64,000 nucleotides of DNA from Gammaproteobacteria bacterium (lineage in GTDB: Bacteria; Pseudomonadota; Gammaproteobacteria; Eutrophobiales; Eutrophobiaceae), in contig JACORW010000080.1 in assembly GCA_016179185.1 (NCBI GenBank), positions 18,629 through 82,628 of the forward strand. The letters are read 5' to 3'. The notes beneath the pieces are model-generated. The model made no database searches. It was not told the origin of the DNA and saw only the letters and a list, made by a program, of their open reading frames with translations. Positions 26,772 through 37,329 of the stretch are shown here, piece by piece. Position 1 is the stretch's first letter. Each line of letters begins with the position of its first letter. Both the position numbers and the translations under genes were made by a program.

Positions 26772-28022
26772 ATGTCTGTTGCGATTGCGCAACAACCCGC
26801 TTGTGGGTCGTCCGTGACGGCGCTGCATTCCAAACGCAGGGTTGTCATGCTTGTCTGCGCGGCCGGGGCCGTGGCGGTCGTTGCCCTCATCATTTCGGAC
26901 TGGATGTTCTGGGATCGCTACCTGCACGCGTACAGCTTCGACTCCTACGTCAGAAACCCGTTTCCCGCCGCAGACCGGTTGTATCCCCAGGAGGCCGTCC
27001 CCGGCGTGTCTGCGCCGGTGGAACTGCCCTCCGGCGATCCGGCTTCGCGCTCCATCAGCAATGAGGCGTTGCAGGCCGCAGTGGATTTTGCCGGGCGCAC
27101 CCATTCCACTTCGCTGCTGGTCGCGCACAATGGCCGCATCGAGCTTGAGAAGTACTGGCTGGGGGCGGATGCGGGCACGCCGGTGGATTCGTTCTCGATG
27201 CACAAGACCGTCGTGGCCCTGTTGATCGGGATCGCGATCAGCGAGCGGGCCATCGGCGGCGTGGATGATCCGCTGTCGAAATACCTCGATGAGTGGGCCG
27301 GGGATGCGCGAGGAAGGATCACGCTGCGACAGCTCCTGCAGATGAACAGCGGCTTCGAACCCATGCAGTTCCCCAGGAATCCGTTTTCAAAACATGTGCG
27401 GCGCCAGATCGGGACCGATCTCGCGCAGGTGGCGCTCAGTTTCCCGCTCGTGGATGAACCGGGAACGGTATTCAGCTACAACGGGCTGAATCCCACGCTG
27501 CTGGTGATGGTCCTTGAACGCGCCACGGGGCGCCGCTACGCGGATTACCTGTCGGCAAAACTCTGGGCCCCGCTCGGCAACCGGACAGCGGCGGTATGGC
27601 TGGATCGGCCGGGGGGACTGGCCCGCGGCGCGACATCGTTGTTCGCCGTGCCGCGGGACTGGCTGCGCATCGGCCACCTGCTGCTGAACCGTGGGCGCGC
27701 CGGTGACCGGCAACTTGTGCCGGAGGACTGGGTTGTACAGATGACCACCCCGTCGCCCACCAATCCGCTGTACGGATTCCTGATCTGGATCGGCAGCCAG
27801 TACACCGAGAAGCGGACGCTGGACGCCTTCAAGGGGTTTGCCGCGAATGCGCGGGAGCCGTTTCTCGCGCCGGACATCGTCTATCTCGACGGGCTCGGCG
27901 GTCAGCGCGTCTACGTGATCCCGTCCCGGGATCTGGTTATTGTGCGCACCGGGGTGCTGGCCAGGGAGTGGGAAGACTCGCCGTTGCCGAACTTGGTACT
28001 GTCGGGCATCCTCGAACGGTGA
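26772..28022 (+). CDS. Membrane-anchored serine hydrolase (beta-lactamase / PBP-like family)
   Basis: N-terminal TM 'VVMLVCAAGAVAVVALII'. 'SFSMHKTVVALLIG' carries the S-x-x-K motif. Confidence 0.75.
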   Translation: MSVAIAQQPACGSSVTALHSKRRVVMLVCAAGAVAVVALIISDWMFWDRYLHAYSFDSYVRNPFPAADRLYPQEAVPGVSAPVELPSGDPASRSISNEALQAAVDFAGRTHSTSLLVAHNGRIELEKYWLGADAGTPVDSFSMHKTVVALLIGIAISERAIGGVDDPLSKYLDEWAGDARGRITLRQLLQMNSGFEPMQFPRNPFSKHVRRQIGTDLAQVALSFPLVDEPGTVFSYNGLNPTLLVMVLERATGRRYADYLSAKLWAPLGNRTAAVWLDRPGGLARGATSLFAVPRDWLRIGHLLLNRGRAGDRQLVPEDWVVQMTTPSPTNPLYGFLIWIGSQYTEKRTLDAFKGFAANAREPFLAPDIVYLDGLGGQRVYVIPSRDLVIVRTGVLAREWEDSPLPNLVLSGILER

Positions 28023-28059
28023 GTCCGTCCGGAAGCATCACAACCGCCAAGGGGGAAAA

Positions 28060-29331
28060 TTGAATCCAGGGGCTCCGAGGATTTTTTACGGCTGGTGGAT
28101 CGTGCTCGCGTGCATGCTCTGCATCTCGACGGGCACGGGGCCCTTCGCGTTCGCCTCGCTCGGGCTGTTCATGCTCCCGCTGACGGAGGAATTCGGCTGG
28201 AGCCGGGCACAGGTCAGCCTGTGCACGACGATCCTCGTCGCGACCACGGCGGTGTCAATGCCGGTCATCGGCAGGTTCGTGGATCAGTATGGATCGCGCC
28301 GGATACTCGTATTTTCGATCCTGGCCATGGCGGCGTGTCTGGCCGCGATCCCGACGCTTGTGTCCGAGCTCTGGCATCTGGCGCTGATCTTCGTGCTTAT
28401 CGGCACGCTGGCAGCCGGGACCAACAGCGTTCCGTACATGCCGATCCTGTCGGCCTGGTTCGACCGGCATCGCGGGCTGGCCATCGGTCTCTCGATTGCC
28501 GGCATCGGCCTGGGATACGCCTATGTGCCCCTGCTGCTGCAGTTTCTGATCGATCGCTTCGGCTGGCGATCCGGATACTACGCGCTCAGCATCATGGAAA
28601 TGGCCGTGGCGATCCCGCTGGTCTGGCTGGTGCTGCGGGAATCGCCGGCCGAGATGGGATTGAAGCCCGATGGCGCCGCGGCCGGTTCCCAGCCGAAGGC
28701 CACCTCGCGCGAGGTCGGATTCAGCGTCCCGGAAATCCTCCGCCACCGGGAGTTCTGGATGCTGGTCGGCATCTTTGCCGTGCTGTCCTTCGTGCTCAAC
28801 GGCATGCTGGCCCATCTTGTGCCGATGCTGGTGGACCGGGGAATGGAGGCCGGCAGCGCTGCGGCCGTGGCAGCGGTCGAGGGTGCCACGGTTTTCTTCA
28901 GCCGCATCTTCATCGGCTTCCTGATCGACAGGATCTTTGCGCCGCGGGTCGCGGTGGCGTTTTTCACGTTGTCGGCGCTTGGGATCGGCCTGTTTGCGCT
29001 GGGCGCGGTGGATGCCGCGGCGTTCTTCGCCGCGTTTCTGATCGGGCTCAGCCTCGGCGCCGAGATTGACATTCTCGCTTTCCTTGCCAGCCGCTATTTC
29101 GGTCTGCGCGCCTACGGTACGGCGTACGGTCTGCTGTTCGCGGCGGTGCTGTTCGGGACGGCCACCGGCCCGTTTGTCTTCGGACTGGGATTTGACCTGT
29201 CCGGCTCCTATGACATCGTTCTGGCCGGTTGCGTGCTCATCAACATACTGGCGGTGGCGCTGACCAGCCTGCTGGGTCCGTACCCGGACTGGGAGAAGGC
29301 GCCGTCAGCCGCCGCGGCATCCCCTCAATGA
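28060..29331 (+). CDS. MFS transporter
   Basis: Table ORF 27940..29331 overlaps the previous gene. I prefer the in-frame TTG at 28060 behind 'GGGGGA' (start uncertain). About 12 hydrophobic segments. Its stop overlaps the next start (ATGA at 29328). Confidence 0.8.
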   Translation: MNPGAPRIFYGWWIVLACMLCISTGTGPFAFASLGLFMLPLTEEFGWSRAQVSLCTTILVATTAVSMPVIGRFVDQYGSRRILVFSILAMAACLAAIPTLVSELWHLALIFVLIGTLAAGTNSVPYMPILSAWFDRHRGLAIGLSIAGIGLGYAYVPLLLQFLIDRFGWRSGYYALSIMEMAVAIPLVWLVLRESPAEMGLKPDGAAAGSQPKATSREVGFSVPEILRHREFWMLVGIFAVLSFVLNGMLAHLVPMLVDRGMEAGSAAAVAAVEGATVFFSRIFIGFLIDRIFAPRVAVAFFTLSALGIGLFALGAVDAAAFFAAFLIGLSLGAEIDILAFLASRYFGLRAYGTAYGLLFAAVLFGTATGPFVFGLGFDLSGSYDIVLAGCVLINILAVALTSLLGPYPDWEKAPSAAAASPQ

Positions 29332-30686
29332 GGATTCATCCGATGGCATTCCACGACCTCCGCTCCTTCCTGGACGCCCTCGAGGCGGAAGGCGATCTGG
29401 TTCGCATCCACCACGAAGTGGACGCAGTGCACGAGATCGCGGCGCACATTCGCCGAAGTTCCGACACCGACGGTCCTGCGCTCCTGTTTGAGAAGGTCAG
29501 GTGTTGCGGAGTGCGCGCGGCCGGCGGCCTGTTTGCCAGCCGGCGCAAGGCGGTTCGGGCACTGGAAGTCGGCGCCGCCGAGGCGGTGGAGAAATTTGTC
29601 CGGGCAATGGAGGCGCCGATCCCGACCCGGCGGGTGGATTCCGGTCCCTGCAAGGACGTGGTTCTTACCGGCAACGACGCCGGCCTGACCGGGTTTCCGA
29701 TCTGCACCTACAGCGAACTTGACAGCGGCCCGTTCATCACCGCGGCCGTGGCGATCAGCAGAGACCCGGAGGACGGCGGCAGGAACGCTTCGATCTACCG
29801 GTTCGAGCTGAAGGGCCCGCACCGCCTGGGCGTGCTGGCGGAAGCGCCGCACCATCTCGGGATTCACATTCAGAAGGCCGAGCAACGCAATGTGCCGCTG
29901 CCGGTGGCGCTGGCGGTCGGCGTCGCCCCGGCAGTGCTGATGGCAACGCAGTGGGAAGCGCCCTATGGCGTGGATGAACTGGGGCTGGCGGGCGCGTTGC
30001 TCGGACGGGCCGTGGAAGTTGTGCGCTGTGAAACATCCGACCTGGAAGTTCCCGCCGCAGCCGAAATCATCATCGAAGGCCGCATCCTTCCGGGTGTGCG
30101 CGAGACCGAAGGCCCGTTTGGCGAATACACCGGCTACTACACGCCGGCGTATCCGAAGCCGGTGCTGGAAATCACCGCCATCAGCCACCGGCGCGATCCG
30201 ATCTTCCAGGCCATGCTCACCGGGATGCCCACCACCGAGAACCACGTCCTGAAAATGATCCCCATGGAGGCCTCGTGCCTCGTCAACCTGCGGCGCCGGT
30301 TTCCCGGTGTGACCGCGGTGCATTTCCCCGGCGCAGGCGGTGTCGGCCTCATGGGCGTGGTTGCGCTCAAGGTGCGCGCAAAGAATGAAGCGCGCGGCGT
30401 GCTGGCGACGATGCTGGGGAGCCAGGGCAACAAGCTGGTGATCGTTGTAGACGACGACATTGACGTGCTCGACATGCAGCAGGTCATGTGGGCGGTGTGC
30501 ACCCGCTGCCAGCCGGATCGGGACGTGATCATTCTGCCGCGCATGCCGGGCTGGCAGCTCGATCCCTCCGCGCCGGAGCCGGGCACCTATGCAGTTATGG
30601 GCATCAATGCCACCCGGCCGGTCGGAGAGAAATTCGGAACGGTCGCGCGCGTGCCGGGCGTGGAATCCGTTCCGCCTTTTCGATAA
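29328..30686 (+). CDS. UbiD-family (prFMN-dependent) decarboxylase, paralogue 3
   Basis: Table ORF 29229..30686, trimmed to the ATG at 29328 (ATGA overlap with the MFS stop; the ATG at 29343 is also possible). 'FHDLRSFLDALEAEGDLVRI' is a typical UbiD N-terminus. 'RETEGPFGEYTGYY'. Confidence 0.85.
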   Translation: MRIHPMAFHDLRSFLDALEAEGDLVRIHHEVDAVHEIAAHIRRSSDTDGPALLFEKVRCCGVRAAGGLFASRRKAVRALEVGAAEAVEKFVRAMEAPIPTRRVDSGPCKDVVLTGNDAGLTGFPICTYSELDSGPFITAAVAISRDPEDGGRNASIYRFELKGPHRLGVLAEAPHHLGIHIQKAEQRNVPLPVALAVGVAPAVLMATQWEAPYGVDELGLAGALLGRAVEVVRCETSDLEVPAAAEIIIEGRILPGVRETEGPFGEYTGYYTPAYPKPVLEITAISHRRDPIFQAMLTGMPTTENHVLKMIPMEASCLVNLRRRFPGVTAVHFPGAGGVGLMGVVALKVRAKNEARGVLATMLGSQGNKLVIVVDDDIDVLDMQQVMWAVCTRCQPDRDVIILPRMPGWQLDPSAPEPGTYAVMGINATRPVGEKFGTVARVPGVESVPPFR

Positions 30687-30702
30687 GGGTCCCCGGAACC
30701 CG

Positions 30703-31146
30703 ATGGAACTTCCCCAGGAACTGATCGGAATTCTGAAGCCCGGCGCGCCGGCGCTGCTGCTCAGCGTGGATGAGGCGGGTTTTCCACACAGCGTGTTTAC
30801 CTGGGTGGTGTGCGCGGATCAGCCGCGTTTGCAGTTCGTGGTGGATATCGGCTCCGGCACCGAGAAGAACCTGCAGCGGACCGGTTCCGCGGCCCTCCAG
30901 GTCATCGCACCCGGCAATTTGATCTATCTCATCAAGGGCAGGGCGCGTTGCGTGAACGCACGCATGTCGGTTCCGATCCTGAGGCTAGCGCACTATGAAC
31001 TGGAGGTGGCGAGCGCCAAGGATCAATCCTGGCCCGAGTCAACTGTTGCGCCGCTGGAATTCCAGTGGACCGGGACGCGCAGTCAGCGATTGCAGGAAGC
31101 GGAAACCGCGGTGCTCAACGAACTGCGCGGCGCCGCAGGTGCATAG
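30703..31146 (+). CDS. Small pyridoxamine-5'-phosphate-oxidase-like / FMN-binding split-barrel protein (tentative)
   Basis: Table ORF 30589..31146, trimmed to the ATG at 30703 ('MELPQELIGILKPGAPALLLSVDEAGFPHSVFTW'). The N-terminal pattern resembles PNPOx-like split-barrel proteins. Weak family call. Confidence 0.4.
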   Translation: MELPQELIGILKPGAPALLLSVDEAGFPHSVFTWVVCADQPRLQFVVDIGSGTEKNLQRTGSAALQVIAPGNLIYLIKGRARCVNARMSVPILRLAHYELEVASAKDQSWPESTVAPLEFQWTGTRSQRLQEAETAVLNELRGAAGA

Positions 31147-31191
31147 CAGGCAGGGCAGCAGGCTGCCGAAAACAGGTTTCCCGGCAACCTG

Positions 31192-31797
31192 TCAGTCAAC
31201 ACCGTTTCCTGCCGGCGTTGCATTGACCCCCTGCCAGCGCTTGACGATGCCCGGGTCCAGTCCGAACAGGTCCAATACCCGCCCCACCGTGGTATTCAGG
31301 ATGTCGTCAATGCTCCGTGGCCGGTTGTAGAACGCCGGGACCGGGGGAAAAAGTATCACGCCCATCAGCGAGGCTTCGTACATGAGGCGGCAATGCCCCG
31401 TATGCAGCGGCGTCTCGCGGGGCAGGACCACGAGGCGCCGGCGTTCCTTCAGCACCACGTCTGCGGCGCGCGCCAGAAGGTTGTCGGCATGGGAATGCAC
31501 GATGGCGGACAACGTCCGCATCGAGCAGGGGGCGATGATCATGCCTTCGGTCCTGAACGAGCCGCTGGAAATGTTGGCGGCCACGTTCTTGTTGTTGTGG
31601 ACCACGTCGGCCAGGCGTTCGATTTCAGCCAGCTGCAGATCGGTTTCGATGCCGACATTGAGCTTTGCGGTACTGCTCATGACGAGATGGACTTCGTAGT
31701 CCGGGATCCTTTGCAGCACCTCCAGCAGGCGGACGCCGTAGGGCAGGCCGCTGGCGCCGGAGATCCCGACAATCAGGCGTTTACTGGCGTTTTTCAT
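31192..31797 (-). CDS. ubiX: Flavin prenyltransferase UbiX (prFMN synthase)
   Basis: 201 aa. 'KRLIVGISGASGLPYGVRLLEVL', 'MIIAPCSMRTLSAI' and 'VVLPRETPLH' are typical UbiX/Pad1 motifs. Confidence 0.9.
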   Translation of the reverse strand: MKNASKRLIVGISGASGLPYGVRLLEVLQRIPDYEVHLVMSSTAKLNVGIETDLQLAEIERLADVVHNNKNVAANISSGSFRTEGMIIAPCSMRTLSAIVHSHADNLLARAADVVLKERRRLVVLPRETPLHTGHCRLMYEASLMGVILFPPVPAFYNRPRSIDDILNTTVGRVLDLFGLDPGIVKRWQGVNATPAGNGVD

Positions 31798-31975
31798 TGT
31801 GGCCTTGAATCCATCATCTGACGGGCGCGGTCAGCGCGGGCAGTATTCCACAACCGGGCACCCGCTGCCGAATTCCGGCGACGCGCCTCGACAAAAATCT
31901 GCGAGTCGCGCCGCCGTCCGGAAGCTGCCGCGGACACGTTGATTTTCGCCCCGGTCATTGTTAAATTGTCGATCC

Positions 31976-31989
31976 GATTGTTAACAATC
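31976..31989. promoter_or_regulatory. Perfect 14-bp palindrome GATTGTTAACAATC upstream of TonB-dependent receptor 3 (candidate operator)
   Basis: Read directly. A half-site-like 'ATTGTTAA' recurs about 20 nt upstream. It lies in the divergent ubiX / TBDR3 intergenic region. Confidence 0.35.
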
Positions 31990-32060
31990 TCATTAATACC
32001 TGGAGCGTGGGCGAATTGGAACGCTCTTCGTCCCGGGACCCGCGCATGGGGGGAGTCGTC

Positions 32061-34364
32061 ATGAATCGCATCGCTGCGCTGTGGGCCGACACTTGCATTT
32101 CGTTGGTGGCCGGATTGGTGCTGGCCACCTGCGCGGTTCCCGCCCATGCAGCCGAACTGGAAGAAATTGTCGTCACGGCCACCCGGCGCCAGGAATCCAC
32201 GCAGGACATCCCCATCTCGGTGACCGCATTTTCCGCCGAGTCCATCGAGTCCCTCGGTTTTGCGCAGTCTTTCGACATCGCCTCCCAGGTTCCGAACCTG
32301 AAATTCATGGGCGAAACGGCCAGCACCATTCCGTTCATTTTCCTGCGCGGCATCGGCAATACCTCGTTCTTTGCCAACAGCATCAATCCGGTCGCGCTGT
32401 ACGTGGATTCGGTGTACCTGGGCCAGAACATCACCCAGGGGTTCCAGTTGTTTGACCTGGAGCGCGTGGAAGTGCTGCGCGGCCCGCAGGGGACATTGTT
32501 CGGACGCAACACCACGGCGGGGCTGGTACATTTTCTGACCCGCAAGCCTTCCGTTGACGACGGCTTGAATGCGCGCGCGGAGATCACCGGCGGCGACTTC
32601 GGCCAGTTCGACGTGGAAGGCGCCGTCGGTTTCCCGCTGGGCGATCGCGCCGCGGCGCGAATTTCAGCGATCCAGCAGATGGGCAGTGGCATGTACGAAG
32701 TGGAAAACCCATTTCGTGACGTGGACAAGACCGGGGATGTGGACATGCGCTCCGTCCGTGCCCAGCTTTTGTGGTCGCCCACGGACGATGTGGAAGTGCT
32801 GATCCGCGGCCATTGGGGCGAGGACAATTCGGAACTCAATGCCCTGAAGCCCGGCTATATCGTCAGCCCGTTCGGCGTTCCCAACTGCCCGCCCGGCGCC
32901 GTCTCGGGCGCCCTGAACAACGGCTGCTCGGATCCGTTCGGCATCGGGCTGACCGTGGATCCGGACTTCGAAGATGTGCAGTTCACCTTCGATCCGTTCC
33001 AGGAACTGGAAGGCGGCGGCGTGTCGGGAGAAATCAACTGGATCATCGGCGACTATACGGTGACCTCCCTGACGGCATGGAACACGGCCGACATGACGCG
33101 GCTGGAGGACGATGACGCCAATATTCTCGCGATTCTGAGCGATACGTTTCTCGCCGACGCCGAATTTTTCAGCCAGGAGTTGCGGCTGACGTCCAATCTC
33201 GACGGGCCTTTCAACTGGATCCTCGGCGCGTACTATTACACCGACGAACTGGATTCGGCGCTGCACTTCAACAACGTGGATCTTGGTCCGCCGCCGGGCA
33301 CCGGCATTCCCGTGCCGGTCGGCGTCGCCCAGAACATTTTTCAGGAAACCGAGAGCTGGTCGGTGTTCGGCGAGGTTACCTACAGGATCCTGGAACGGCT
33401 GACCGCACGTGCCGGCTTGCGCCTGACGGAAGATCAACGCAGCGTGGACATTGATTCGTTCTTCATGAACGCCCTGTTGCTGCCGCGGGAGCTGCCGATA
33501 TCGCGGAGCGTGGCGCGCAACGCCCTGCTGTTCCCCCTCATCCTGCCCGCGTCGCTGAAAGACGACTGGTTTGAGTGGAGCGGCCGGTTCGCGCTCGACT
33601 ACGAGTTTGCCGAACATCAGATGGTGTATTTCAGTGCCGCGCGCGGTTTCAAGGGCGGCGAGTTCAACGGCGGCGCGCTGCTGGACCCGAGCGAGGCCAC
33701 CATTGCCGATCCGGAGTTCATGGACAGCTACGAACTGGGTTACAAGGGCACGCTGCTCGATCGCAGCCTGCAGCTCAACGTCACGGGATTTTTCATGCAG
33801 TACGACGACCAGCAGGTGTTGATTTCCGGCGCGACGCCGTTCGGCCTGCTCCCGTCGCTGCAGAATGCGGCATCCTCGGACATCAGGGGTGTGGAAGTGG
33901 AAATGCAGTGGCAGCCGGACGACAACTGGTTCCTGCTGCTGGGTGGAGCCCATCTGGACGCCGAGTTCGATCGGTTTCTTGACCCGGCCCTGGGCGTTGA
34001 CCGGGAAGGAAACCGGCTGGCCCATGCCCCGGAATGGACCGTCAACGGCATCGTGCGCTACACGCAGCCCATCGGCGGGGGCACGGGTTCCGCGCAGGTG
34101 GACTGGTCGTGGAATGATGACCAGTTTTTCACCGTCGAAAATCTGCCGAGCCTGCGCGAGGGCGACTATGCCGTGGTCAATGGCCGGGTCAGCTACCGGT
34201 TCTGGAACGATCGCGTGGAACTGGCGCTGTTCGTAAAGAATATTTTCGACGAGGGATACAAGGCCACCGGGTTTGACACCGCCAGCGCGGGATTCGGCGC
34301 CCATGTCTATGTCATGAGCCGTCCGCGTACCTTTGGTGGGCAGTTGATCCTGAACTACGACTGA
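32061..34364 (+). CDS. TonB-dependent receptor 3
   Basis: Table ORF 32007..34364, trimmed to the ATG at 32061 ('MNRIAALWADTCISLVAGLVLATCAVPAHA'). 'LEEIVVTATRRQESTQDIPISVTAF', 'VEVLRGPQGTLFGRNTTAGLVHF'. Terminus 'GGQLILNYD'. Confidence 0.9.
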   Translation: MNRIAALWADTCISLVAGLVLATCAVPAHAAELEEIVVTATRRQESTQDIPISVTAFSAESIESLGFAQSFDIASQVPNLKFMGETASTIPFIFLRGIGNTSFFANSINPVALYVDSVYLGQNITQGFQLFDLERVEVLRGPQGTLFGRNTTAGLVHFLTRKPSVDDGLNARAEITGGDFGQFDVEGAVGFPLGDRAAARISAIQQMGSGMYEVENPFRDVDKTGDVDMRSVRAQLLWSPTDDVEVLIRGHWGEDNSELNALKPGYIVSPFGVPNCPPGAVSGALNNGCSDPFGIGLTVDPDFEDVQFTFDPFQELEGGGVSGEINWIIGDYTVTSLTAWNTADMTRLEDDDANILAILSDTFLADAEFFSQELRLTSNLDGPFNWILGAYYYTDELDSALHFNNVDLGPPPGTGIPVPVGVAQNIFQETESWSVFGEVTYRILERLTARAGLRLTEDQRSVDIDSFFMNALLLPRELPISRSVARNALLFPLILPASLKDDWFEWSGRFALDYEFAEHQMVYFSAARGFKGGEFNGGALLDPSEATIADPEFMDSYELGYKGTLLDRSLQLNVTGFFMQYDDQQVLISGATPFGLLPSLQNAASSDIRGVEVEMQWQPDDNWFLLLGGAHLDAEFDRFLDPALGVDREGNRLAHAPEWTVNGIVRYTQPIGGGTGSAQVDWSWNDDQFFTVENLPSLREGDYAVVNGRVSYRFWNDRVELALFVKNIFDEGYKATGFDTASAGFGAHVYVMSRPRTFGGQLILNYD

Positions 34365-34390
34365 ATAGCCGTTCCGAATTTCAGTTCAGG

Positions 34391-34551
34391 CGGGTGGTCC
34401 GATCCCATGTTGGCGGACCGTGTGCCGCAGGGACAGCGGCACCCGAGCCTACAGGGCAGATTGCTGCTCCTGCGCAATCTGCATTCCCGCCATCCCTGGC
34501 GGTCAGACTGTATTCACGGCGTGTCTGCCAACATGGGATCGGACCACCCGT
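34391..34551. mobile_element. MITE-like repeat, copy 2 (inverted relative to copy 1, with an internal deletion)
   Basis: The reverse complement matches 19361..19570 end to end except for about 50 bp missing from the middle and scattered substitutions. It sits between convergent genes. Confidence 0.7.
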
Positions 34552-34594
34552 TGGGTACTTGTAGCATGTTTTGGAACACGTATTTGGTTCGGTG

Positions 34595-35503
34595 TCAGTG
34601 CTCCACCTGCTGCACGATGCTTTCGTCCATTCTGCGCGTGCTGTGGCGCACGATGTAAACGCCGCCGATCACGATCAGCACGATGCCGACGAAAGTGATC
34701 GGATCCGGTTTCTCGCCCCAGATCGCATACCCGAGCAGCGCCACCCAGATCAGGGTCGCATAGTCGAGCGTGGCGGTCAGCGTAGCATCCACGCGCCGCA
34801 GCCCGGCGATGAAAAAAATTGTCGCCAGCGTGGCGAACAGACTCTGCAGGGCGAACAGCAGCCAATGCAGCCCGGCGGGCGGCAGCCACTGTGAGTGCCA
34901 CAGCGTGATCGCCGCGATCACGGCCGACGGCGGATAGATATAGAAGGTCAACGCGATGGTAGTCTCCGTGCGCGACAGGCCGCGCGCCAGCAGGATCAGC
35001 AGCGCATAGACCAGTGCGCAGCCGAACATGATCACGTGGGCGACATGGAAATGCCCCGGATCGGGCCGCAGGATGATGATCACGCCCAGAAACCCGACGC
35101 CGATTGCGAGCCAGTTGTGCCCGGTGACTTTCTCGTTGAGAAACACCGGCGCCAGCAGCGCGACGAAGAACGGCGCCGCATGCCCGATGGCCTCCACTTC
35201 GATCATCGGGATCTTGGCCAGCGCATAGAACACGCCGAGGATCACCAGCGCCACCAGCAGGGCGCGCGCCATGTGTCCTTCAAGTCGCCGCGTGCGCAGG
35301 TCTGCGAGGCGGCGCGTGACGATGACAAACGCGGTCATGTACAGCGCGCCCAGCGTGCAGCGGATGAAAGCGATCTGCGGGGTGCCGTAGTCGGCAGACA
35401 GCCATTTGGTCAATGCGTCCGCCAGCGCGACCAGCAGCGTGGCGGCGAGTATGTAGGCGATCCCCAGTGCCCGGGGGCGATCGCGGAGGAAACTCAGTGG
35501 CAC
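34595..35503 (-). CDS. EamA/DMT-family transporter
   Basis: 302 aa, about ten hydrophobic helices in two similar halves, typical DMT layout. Confidence 0.8.
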   Translation of the reverse strand: MPLSFLRDRPRALGIAYILAATLLVALADALTKWLSADYGTPQIAFIRCTLGALYMTAFVIVTRRLADLRTRRLEGHMARALLVALVILGVFYALAKIPMIEVEAIGHAAPFFVALLAPVFLNEKVTGHNWLAIGVGFLGVIIILRPDPGHFHVAHVIMFGCALVYALLILLARGLSRTETTIALTFYIYPPSAVIAAITLWHSQWLPPAGLHWLLFALQSLFATLATIFFIAGLRRVDATLTATLDYATLIWVALLGYAIWGEKPDPITFVGIVLIVIGGVYIVRHSTRRMDESIVQQVEH

Positions 35504-35513
35504 GGCGCCTGGA

Positions 35514-36449
<936 letters not shown>

Positions 36450-36450
36450 G

Positions 36451-37200
36451 TCAGATCACCTTACGTTCATTGCGCAGGCGGTGTACCAGCTCCTGCACCG
36501 ATGCCACCTTGATGCCGCCGCCCCGCGCCGGTGGCTCCTCCACCTTCAGCACCTTGAGGCGCGAGGTGAGATCCACCCCGAGATCCGCGGCCTTGATCAC
36601 ATCCAGCGGTTTTTTCTTTGCCTTCATGATGTTCGGCAGCTTGACGTAGCGCGGCTCGTTCAGGCGCAGGTCGGTGGTGACGATGGCCGGAAGTTTCAGC
36701 ATCAGTGTTTCCAGTCCGCCGTCCACTTCACGGGTGACGCGCAGCCCGCCGCCGGCAAACTCCAGTTTCGAGGCAAATGTCCCCTGCGCCCAGCCCAGCA
36801 GCGCCGCCAGCATCTGGCCGGTCTGATTGTTGTCGTCGTCAATCGCCTGCTTGCCGAGAATGATGACCTCCGGTTTTTCCCGATCCGCAACCGCCCGCAA
36901 CACCTTGGCAACGCCCAGCGGCTGCGCTTCAACATCGGTTTCCACCAGGATGGCGCGGTCCGCGCCCATGGCGAGCGCGGTGCGCAGGATGTCCTGGCAC
37001 TGGGCGCCGCCCACCGTGACCGCGACGATTTCCTTCACGGTGCCGGCCTCCTGCTGGCGCACGGCCTCTTCCATCGCGATCTCGCAGAAGGGATTCATGG
37101 CCATCTTGAGGTTGGCCAGTTCCACGCCGGAGCGGTCGCTTTTCACGCGCACGCGCACGTTGGCGTCCACAACGCGTTTGATGGGCACAAGAATCTTCAT
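36451..37200 (-). CDS. etfB: Electron transfer flavoprotein beta subunit
   Basis: '[20 protein letters not shown]...[14 protein letters not shown]' is a typical EtfB start. It is immediately upstream of etfA. Confidence 0.9.
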   Translation of the reverse strand: MKILVPIKRVVDANVRVRVKSDRSGVELANLKMAMNPFCEIAMEEAVRQQEAGTVKEIVAVTVGGAQCQDILRTALAMGADRAILVETDVEAQPLGVAKVLRAVADREKPEVIILGKQAIDDDNNQTGQMLAALLGWAQGTFASKLEFAGGGLRVTREVDGGLETLMLKLPAIVTTDLRLNEPRYVKLPNIMKAKKKPLDVIKAADLGVDLTSRLKVLKVEEPPARGGGIKVASVQELVHRLRNERKVI

Positions 37201-37329
37201 GGTTCAGGATCAGGGTGTTATGGGATATCCGGGCGGACGCGGAAGGCGCCGGATACCGCGCCGTCCCGGTAGAATGCCGCAGCGCAATAACATAGTAAAA
37301 TCGCAACCATTGCAACTCCGGAGACATCC

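Noticed and set aside
34355-34364. TonB-dependent receptor 3 ending in '...LNYD' rather than a terminal aromatic residue
   Set aside because: The penultimate Tyr is present and such variation occurs among TBDRs. Without an alignment I cannot argue truncation, and the stop is followed by normal intergenic DNA.
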